This document shows positions 57,694 to 64,000 of a stretch of 64,000 bases of DNA, piece by piece. A program made the translations under genes and the position numbers. Positions within the stretch are counted from its first letter, which is position 1. Every line of letters begins with the position of its first letter. This stretch comes from Candidatus Latescibacterota bacterium (GTDB taxonomy: Bacteria > Latescibacterota > UBA2968), in assembly GCA_965208125.1 (NCBI GenBank), contig OZ242320.1:928001-992000 (forward strand), written 5' to 3'. A model generated the notes under the pieces. It was not told where the DNA came from and did not search any database. It saw nothing but the letters and a program-made list of their open reading frames with translations.

Positions 57694-58803
57694 ATGTCTA
57701 TCGAACTCGGCGAATTGTCCAATGGCGTGGCACTCACACAGGTGACCACAGACACGCATGACAAATCCAACATCTACTGCGAACTGCCCTACTGCTCTGC
57801 TGACTCGCGCGTCTTTATCTATGAGCAGAAAAATTCAGACACCGCGCCCAACACCACCGAATACGTCGCCTGCGAATTTGGCACATGGGAAACCGAAGTC
57901 ATCGGTCGCGGTCTGGGCGGACCTGGCATGACCCACAGCGGCATCTTCTTTTATCGGCGCATTGTCCCTAACAAATGTCAGGAACTCGTACGCGTTGACC
58001 TTCGCACGGGCAAACAGCGCGTCATCCATGAATTTCCCGAAGACCTTCAAACGCGCGGCCTGGGCACCCTATCCCCCGATGAACGCTATTACGCTTATGG
58101 CGTCACCATCAGCTATCACCCCAAAATGTTTGGCATTGAACTCGTCGATCTCGAAAAGGGAACGCGAGAAATCATCAACACCGACCCCGACATCTGCAAT
58201 CCCCACACGCAATTTGAACCCACAGAAGGCAAACAAATTATGGTTCAACACAACCGGGGCTGCGAATTTAAACCCGATGGCACCCGCGTCAAACTCGTCG
58301 GAGACGAAGGCGCCACCGAATACCTCGTCGATATACCCGACGGCAAAGTCACGCGCCTTCAGGTCGGCCCACCCCATACGCCGGGCATCACCGGGCACGA
58401 AGCCTGGATCGCGGGTGCGAATGAAATCCTCCTATCCGTCCGCGCCGAAGGCGAGTACGCACCCGACAAAGGCAACCTCGTCAAAGTATCGGCAAACAAA
58501 CCCGCGGAGCGCGTCGGCACGCCGGGCTATCGCTTCAACCACGTCGGCACCTCCCCGTGTGGTCAATACTTCTTCTGCGACGACTGGCAGGGTGCCAGCA
58601 AACTCGTCGTCGGCAATATCCAAACCGGCAAAACCGCAGTCGTATGCGAAGCCCATACATCCATGAGCACCGCGCAAAACACACACGGGCATCCCTATCT
58701 CTCGCCCGACCTCAAATGGCTCGTCTTCAACTCCGACCGCTCGGGTCATCCCCAGATCCACGTCGCATCCGTGCCGTCTGATCTTATCGCACAGTTGAAT
58801 TAA
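57694..58803 (+). CDS. Oligogalacturonate lyase-like beta-propeller protein
   Basis: N-terminal [32 protein letters not shown]. Confidence 0.65.
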   Translation: MSIELGELSNGVALTQVTTDTHDKSNIYCELPYCSADSRVFIYEQKNSDTAPNTTEYVACEFGTWETEVIGRGLGGPGMTHSGIFFYRRIVPNKCQELVRVDLRTGKQRVIHEFPEDLQTRGLGTLSPDERYYAYGVTISYHPKMFGIELVDLEKGTREIINTDPDICNPHTQFEPTEGKQIMVQHNRGCEFKPDGTRVKLVGDEGATEYLVDIPDGKVTRLQVGPPHTPGITGHEAWIAGANEILLSVRAEGEYAPDKGNLVKVSANKPAERVGTPGYRFNHVGTSPCGQYFFCDDWQGASKLVVGNIQTGKTAVVCEAHTSMSTAQNTHGHPYLSPDLKWLVFNSDRSGHPQIHVASVPSDLIAQLN

Positions 58804-58828
58804 AAAACCACAACCCAAAGGAGAACGC

Positions 58829-60232
58829 ATGAGCGAAAGACCCAATATCCTATTTATCATGACCGATGATCATGCATCGCATGCCATGAGTTGTTATAAC
58901 AGTCGGATTAACGAAACGCCCAACCTGGACCGCATCGCAGAAGGTGGTATGCGCTTTAACAACTGCTTTTGCACCAACTCAATATGTGCGCCGAGTCGGG
59001 CGGTAATCTTAACCGGAACGTACAATCACATCAACGGCGTAACCACATTGCGCACGAACCTGGACGGGCGACAGGTCACATTTCCCAAACTCCTGCAAGC
59101 CGCGGGATATCAAACTGCAATGGTAGGTAAATGGCATCTCGGACACGGCGGGCACAATGACCCTACCGGATTTGACTACTGGAATGTACTCCCCGGCCAG
59201 GGCGCGTATCACAACCCCATGATGTACGACATGGGCAAAGAAGTACACTACGAAGGATACACCACAGACATCATAACCGACCTCGCACTCGACTGGTTAA
59301 AAGACCGCGACAAAAACAGACCATTCATGCTCATGTATCACCACAAAGCACCTCATCGCCCCTGGGAGCCGGACGACAAACACGCGGACATGTACGAAGA
59401 CATCGACATCCCGGAACCCGAAACCCTGTGGGACGACTACAGCAACCGCGCCACAGCCGCATCGCAGGCTGAAATGCGCGTCAACCGGGACCTGAATCCC
59501 CGCGACCTGAAACAGCCCGTACCCGAAGGCTTGACCCCCGAAGAAGACATGAGATGGAAATACCAGCGCTACATCAAAGACTACCTGCGCTGCGTGGCAT
59601 CCGTCGATGACAATGTCGGCCGCGTACTGGACTATCTGGACGAAGAAGACCTGACGGACAACACCATCGTCGTCTATACATCTGACCAGGGCTTTTACCT
59701 GGGCGACCACGGCTGGTACGACAAACGCTTTATGTACGAAGAATCCCTCCGCATGCCATTCCTCATCCGGTACTCCAAAGAAATCAAACCCGGCAGTGTA
59801 TGCGACGACATGATCCTCAACGTAGATTTCGCATCCACATTCCTGGACTATGCCGGCATAAACATCCCCAGCCATTTTCAAGGACACAGCATGCGCCCCC
59901 TGTTAAATGGCGACCGCCCCGCCTACTGGCGCGCCTCAATGTATTACCGCTATTGGATGCACCTCAACGGACACAACATCTACGCGCACTACGGCGTCAG
60001 AACGCATCGGCACAAACTCATCTACTATTACGCCGACGGATGTGGGCAGGAAGGCGCCTCGGACGACGCCAGAGAACCAGAATGGGAATTATTTGACCTG
60101 GACAAAGACCCGTATGAACTGAACAGCGTCTATCACAATCCAGAATACGCAGAAATAGTCGCCGAACTAAAAGACGAACTCCACCGCTTGCAAGATGAAG
60201 TGGGAGATGAGCGGTATGAAAAAGACGTGTAA
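58829..60232 (+). CDS. Sulfatase (Cys-type, N-acetylglucosamine-6-sulfatase-like)
   Basis: [30 protein letters not shown]. Confidence 0.92.
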   Translation: MSERPNILFIMTDDHASHAMSCYNSRINETPNLDRIAEGGMRFNNCFCTNSICAPSRAVILTGTYNHINGVTTLRTNLDGRQVTFPKLLQAAGYQTAMVGKWHLGHGGHNDPTGFDYWNVLPGQGAYHNPMMYDMGKEVHYEGYTTDIITDLALDWLKDRDKNRPFMLMYHHKAPHRPWEPDDKHADMYEDIDIPEPETLWDDYSNRATAASQAEMRVNRDLNPRDLKQPVPEGLTPEEDMRWKYQRYIKDYLRCVASVDDNVGRVLDYLDEEDLTDNTIVVYTSDQGFYLGDHGWYDKRFMYEESLRMPFLIRYSKEIKPGSVCDDMILNVDFASTFLDYAGINIPSHFQGHSMRPLLNGDRPAYWRASMYYRYWMHLNGHNIYAHYGVRTHRHKLIYYYADGCGQEGASDDAREPEWELFDLDKDPYELNSVYHNPEYAEIVAELKDELHRLQDEVGDERYEKDV

Positions 60233-60244
60233 GAGGAGCGTTTA

Positions 60245-61591
60245 ATGCCTAATGTCGTATTCATCATGACCGACAACCAGGGGGCATGGACCCTGGGCTG
60301 TTATGGCAATCCGGATATCCGAACCCCCAACATCGATAGACTTGCAAATGAGGGAATTCGGTTTTCAAACGCCTACTGCGTAAACTCGGTCTGCTCGCCC
60401 AGCCGCGCCACATTTATGACCGGACTGATCCCCTCCCAGCACGGCGTACACTGTTACCTCGGCGGAGAAAAGCCAGACGCACAGATGGGACCAGACGCGT
60501 ACTGCACCATTCGGGAATTTACAAACCTCCCCCGCGTCATGGCAGACGCGGGCTATGTATGCGGACTGAGCGGAAAATGGCATCTGGGAGACAGCCTGCG
60601 GCCCCAGGAGGGATTTTCATACTGGTTTACCCGGCCAAAGGGACACACCACCACATTTTACGACGACGAATGGATCTGGCAGAACCGGGTTTATACAGAA
60701 CCGCGATACACAACCGAAGCCATAACAGAACACGCCCTGAAATTCCTGCAACAAAACCACCACCAGCCGTTCTTTCTCTATGTCGCGTACAACGGTCCCT
60801 ACGGCCTGGGAAAAAGCATGTTGGAAACACATCTCAACCGACATACCGAATACTACGCGGACAAAGAACTGCTGAGCTTCCCCAGAGAGCCAGTGCATCC
60901 GTGGTTACGCAGCAACCGGGACATGATCAACAACCCGGTAAGCATTCGCGGATATGCCGCAGCGGTAAGCGGAGTAGATGATGGGGTAGGCGAAATAACA
61001 AACGCCTTAAAAGAATACGGCCTGGAAGAAGACACCCTGGTAATTTTCACAGCAGATCAGGGCTGGTGCGGCGGACACCACGGAATGTGGGGCATGGGAG
61101 ACCACTCCCGACCCCTGCATACATTTGAAGAAACCATCCACATCCCGCTGATATTCCACCAGCCCGGACGGATACCGGCGGGCGGGATATTTGAAGGGCG
61201 AACATGCAACTACGATTTTTTCCCATCCGTACTGGACCATCTGGAATTGCGGGATCGAATTGCCGACAACCCCAATCTCCCGGGCGTGAGTTATGCCCCA
61301 GCACTTATAGGAGAGGAAATAGCATGGAATAATGAGATATTCCACGAATTTGAAAACACACGCCTGGTGCGAAATGACCGCTGGAAATACACCTGGCGCC
61401 ATCCAGATGGCCCGGATGAACTATACGACATGCTGGCAGACCCAGAAGAACGCAACAACCTGGCAAATAATTCCCACGCAAAAGTCATTAACGAATATCG
61501 CAACCGCATCCAGAACTTCTTTAACCAGTATGCAGACCCTCAGTACGATCTGTGGCGCGGCGGGCACTCCAAAGCGGGGCGAATAAGATAA
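60245..61591 (+). CDS. Sulfatase (Cys-type)
   Basis: VCSPSRA, GKWHLG, TADQG. Confidence 0.92.
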   Translation: MPNVVFIMTDNQGAWTLGCYGNPDIRTPNIDRLANEGIRFSNAYCVNSVCSPSRATFMTGLIPSQHGVHCYLGGEKPDAQMGPDAYCTIREFTNLPRVMADAGYVCGLSGKWHLGDSLRPQEGFSYWFTRPKGHTTTFYDDEWIWQNRVYTEPRYTTEAITEHALKFLQQNHHQPFFLYVAYNGPYGLGKSMLETHLNRHTEYYADKELLSFPREPVHPWLRSNRDMINNPVSIRGYAAAVSGVDDGVGEITNALKEYGLEEDTLVIFTADQGWCGGHHGMWGMGDHSRPLHTFEETIHIPLIFHQPGRIPAGGIFEGRTCNYDFFPSVLDHLELRDRIADNPNLPGVSYAPALIGEEIAWNNEIFHEFENTRLVRNDRWKYTWRHPDGPDELYDMLADPEERNNLANNSHAKVINEYRNRIQNFFNQYADPQYDLWRGGHSKAGRIR

Positions 61592-61600
61592 CGGGACCGC

Positions 61601-62770
61601 CTACGCCTCCCAAATCAGTGCCAGCGCGCCCGTATAGCTATGAACAAAATTGCGCCCGGCCACAGGTGCCAGTTCTGAATTGCCAAAAAAGCCAGCCATC
61701 GGAAAAGCGCCCAGATGTTTTCGAATCACCAGAACATCGTGATCGGGCTGTCCGTAAAGCCCAAATCCGCGTCCCCTACAGTTAAAATACAAACCACATG
61801 TATTGGACGGACGCCCGACAGACTGCCGCAACTCCTGCATCACCTTCACCATATCTTCATGCCCTGCCTGGGGCGTGCGCCGATTAAATTGAATAGTCTG
61901 CCCCACAGACACCTGTTCATTAACCGCAATCGCTCCCGACTGCTCGTCGATATGCGTCAAACTGCGAATTAAAAAATCGCCTCGCCTCCGTTCAATTGCG
62001 TATTCATCCATCGCCAGACCCACGAAAATATTGTAGCGCAAATCAGCCTTTTCCTCTGCCGAAAGCGTATTGAGCGCCTCCTTTAGCGCATCCACAGCCG
62101 GAACAAATGCGATCTGCTGAATCACATTGCCCTCGGCTCTGGTAATCGCATAAGCCTGTCCAAACGGTTGGCAACCTTGTGCCACCCCCGTAGCCACCTT
62201 TACCCCGGACAACAACGCCCCCACCACCCCGTGTTCACCAATCCACCGACCACACCATTGCAATGTCTGCGGCGACGCCGATCCCCACGGATTGCCCGAT
62301 GCGACGCCCCCCACAATGGGCACATCGCCAGCCATCTCGGCAATCTGTTCCAGACAAGTCGCCGGATTGGAATAAATCCCACACATAAGCACCAGCAACG
62401 CATCCTCTGTTCCCTGGGCTGCCACGCGCTCGCCAATCATAACCCCCGCATCTGTCCCCTCTGCCACAAGAGGTGACACCTCGAGATGATCTCCGCCCAA
62501 AACCAGCACCGCCACCCCAGGCTCGCGATCATTTTCTCGGGCATCTGTCAAAACCCCCATGCCACTACATCCAAACACAGCCTCTGTCTCCACCCGATCG
62601 ATAACAACATCCACCATAGCAGCCGCATCGCCCATGTGGTGATAGGTCAAAAAAAGAAACGCGGCATCAACAGCAACATCGCCCAGCCCCTTCATAGCTT
62701 CTGACAAAGCGACCTCAACAGCGTACATGCCTTCGGCTTCATTTGAATGTCCAGCCCCGGATCGCAGCAT
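61601..62770 (-). CDS. FIST N/C domain signal transduction protein
   Basis: GCSGMGV, GGVAS, VAQGC.P.G, FNCRGRG, AGFFGNSE; GGAG RBS before 62770. Confidence 0.88.
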   Translation of the reverse strand: MLRSGAGHSNEAEGMYAVEVALSEAMKGLGDVAVDAAFLFLTYHHMGDAAAMVDVVIDRVETEAVFGCSGMGVLTDARENDREPGVAVLVLGGDHLEVSPLVAEGTDAGVMIGERVAAQGTEDALLVLMCGIYSNPATCLEQIAEMAGDVPIVGGVASGNPWGSASPQTLQWCGRWIGEHGVVGALLSGVKVATGVAQGCQPFGQAYAITRAEGNVIQQIAFVPAVDALKEALNTLSAEEKADLRYNIFVGLAMDEYAIERRRGDFLIRSLTHIDEQSGAIAVNEQVSVGQTIQFNRRTPQAGHEDMVKVMQELRQSVGRPSNTCGLYFNCRGRGFGLYGQPDHDVLVIRKHLGAFPMAGFFGNSELAPVAGRNFVHSYTGALALIWEA

Positions 62771-63001
62771 ATCTTCTCCACAGCAATAACAAATTTCAAA
62801 AAATAGTGTCATGCAATATAGAGGCAAAAAACCGCAGATCAAACAATTTCCGAACTGACCTTTTTGAGCAGATGTATTGGATTTGCTCTCTATGCTATAT
62901 TACTATAACAATACTTGCCACACCCATGTAAATACCTTATATTAAATTGCTGTAAAATTATACCCCTAAATCCCTCTAAAATCACCCCAAGAGCCTTCCC
63001 A

Positions 63002-63469
63002 ATGAATCTGAATTACAGCCTCCACAACGACACAGTAAAACACGTTGATCTCTCCTTTTACGTCGAAGTACAAAAAGACAATCCCGTTGATCAGGTCATC
63101 GCAAAAATGCAGAATAGTCAGCGCAAATGCGCGCTGGTAATGGATCAGGACAAACTAATCGGCATCTTTACAGCACACGATATTGCCCGCCGCGTAATCG
63201 ACCAATCCGAAGTAATCAACGAGCCTATAGAAACGATCATGACCCCCGATCCGCTCACCCTGCAATCGGATACCACACTAATCGAAGCCATCCGATTTAT
63301 GAGCGACAAACCCCACCGCTACATGCCCGTTGTAGATGCAGAAGGGCGCGTATTGGGCACACTGACACACTATGCTATCATCAAATACATGAGCGATCAT
63401 TTCCCAGAAGAAATCTACAACTTACCGCCAACACCCGACCACTTTGCCAGCGCTCGGGCTGGTGCCTAA
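63002..63469 (+). CDS. CBS domain pair protein
   Basis: LIGIFT..DI, IMTPDP.TL, YMPVVD..GRVLG.LT. Confidence 0.85.
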   Translation: MNLNYSLHNDTVKHVDLSFYVEVQKDNPVDQVIAKMQNSQRKCALVMDQDKLIGIFTAHDIARRVIDQSEVINEPIETIMTPDPLTLQSDTTLIEAIRFMSDKPHRYMPVVDAEGRVLGTLTHYAIIKYMSDHFPEEIYNLPPTPDHFASARAGA

Positions 63470-63486
63470 AATATTCAGGAGGATTT

Positions 63487-64000
63487 ATGGCCGAAATAGA
63501 CATTGAAGAAACGGCCGAATCGGCGCTTTTCGAACTATCCGAAATCGAATCAATTGCCATTCGCTTTGCAGGTGATTCCGGTGACGGCAGTCAGCTCATC
63601 GGCAAAGAATTTGCCAACACCTCGGCAATAGTCGGCAATGACATCAGCACTCTGCCGGACTTTCCCGCTGAAATCCGCGCGCCCGCTGGCACATTGCCCG
63701 GCGTTAGCGGGTTTCAAATCCACATATCCAGCGAAGAAATATATACGCCCGGCGATGAACCCCAGGTCCTCGTGGCGATGAACCCGGCAGCACTCAAAGC
63801 CAATATCAACGACCTTCCAAACGGCGGCATCGTCATTGCCAACACAGACAACTTCACGCGCAACAACCTGCGCAAAGCCGGATACGACGGCGATCCCCTC
63901 GAAGGCAATGATCTCTCCAATTACCGCGTGGTTAAAGTTCCCCTCACAACGCTGCACAAAGAAGCTGTCGCACACGTTGAGGGCCTGAGCAATCGCCAAA
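63487..64000 (+). CDS. korA: 2-oxoacid:ferredoxin oxidoreductase alpha subunit, 3' partial (absent from the ORF track)
   Basis: CAGGAGG RBS; IRFAGDSGDGSQL, LPDFPAEIRAPAGTLPGVSGFQ, LVAMNPAALK. Confidence 0.92.
   Translation, partial: MAEIDIEETAESALFELSEIESIAIRFAGDSGDGSQLIGKEFANTSAIVGNDISTLPDFPAEIRAPAGTLPGVSGFQIHISSEEIYTPGDEPQVLVAMNPAALKANINDLPNGGIVIANTDNFTRNNLRKAGYDGDPLEGNDLSNYRVVKVPLTTLHKEAVAHVEGLSNRQ

Overview
A 64-kb bacterial chromosomal window; the gene content (four Cys-type sulfatases, a dockerin-like protein, Sel1 repeats, DUF5069, TIGR03435) suggests a Latescibacterota/FCB- or PVC-like, possibly sponge-associated organism (inference only). From left to right: partial pdxA; a stand-alone PolX N-terminal HhH protein; a xanthine-dehydrogenase-family Mo-protein large subunit 17 bp upstream of an 11-subunit complex I operon (nuoABCDHIJKLMN, no nuoEFG); a COG4337/iota-type carbonic anhydrase candidate; ftsY-iscS-mrp followed by a rhodanese-MoeB gene that very likely encodes selenocysteine (in-frame TGA at the conserved Cys plus a SECIS-like hairpin); and a ~12-kb minus-strand YtrA(GntR)-type operon with one ABC ATPase, four paralogous permeases with hypervariable loops, two S41 peptidases plus a remnant of a third, and a redoxin-TIGR03435 protein. 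Further right: the Hen1-Pnkp RNA repair pair; a decayed accessory island (TIR gene ending in an attC-like half-site, an orphan antitoxin-like gene, a 527-bp self-contained two-ORF cassette between 13-bp direct repeats, an IS630 remnant, a type IIG R-M gene); gdhA, dksA, polX; a sulfated-sugar catabolic cluster; FIST, CBS and partial korA. No rRNA, tRNA or CRISPR array was seen. All family assignments come from motif recognition by eye; no database search was run.
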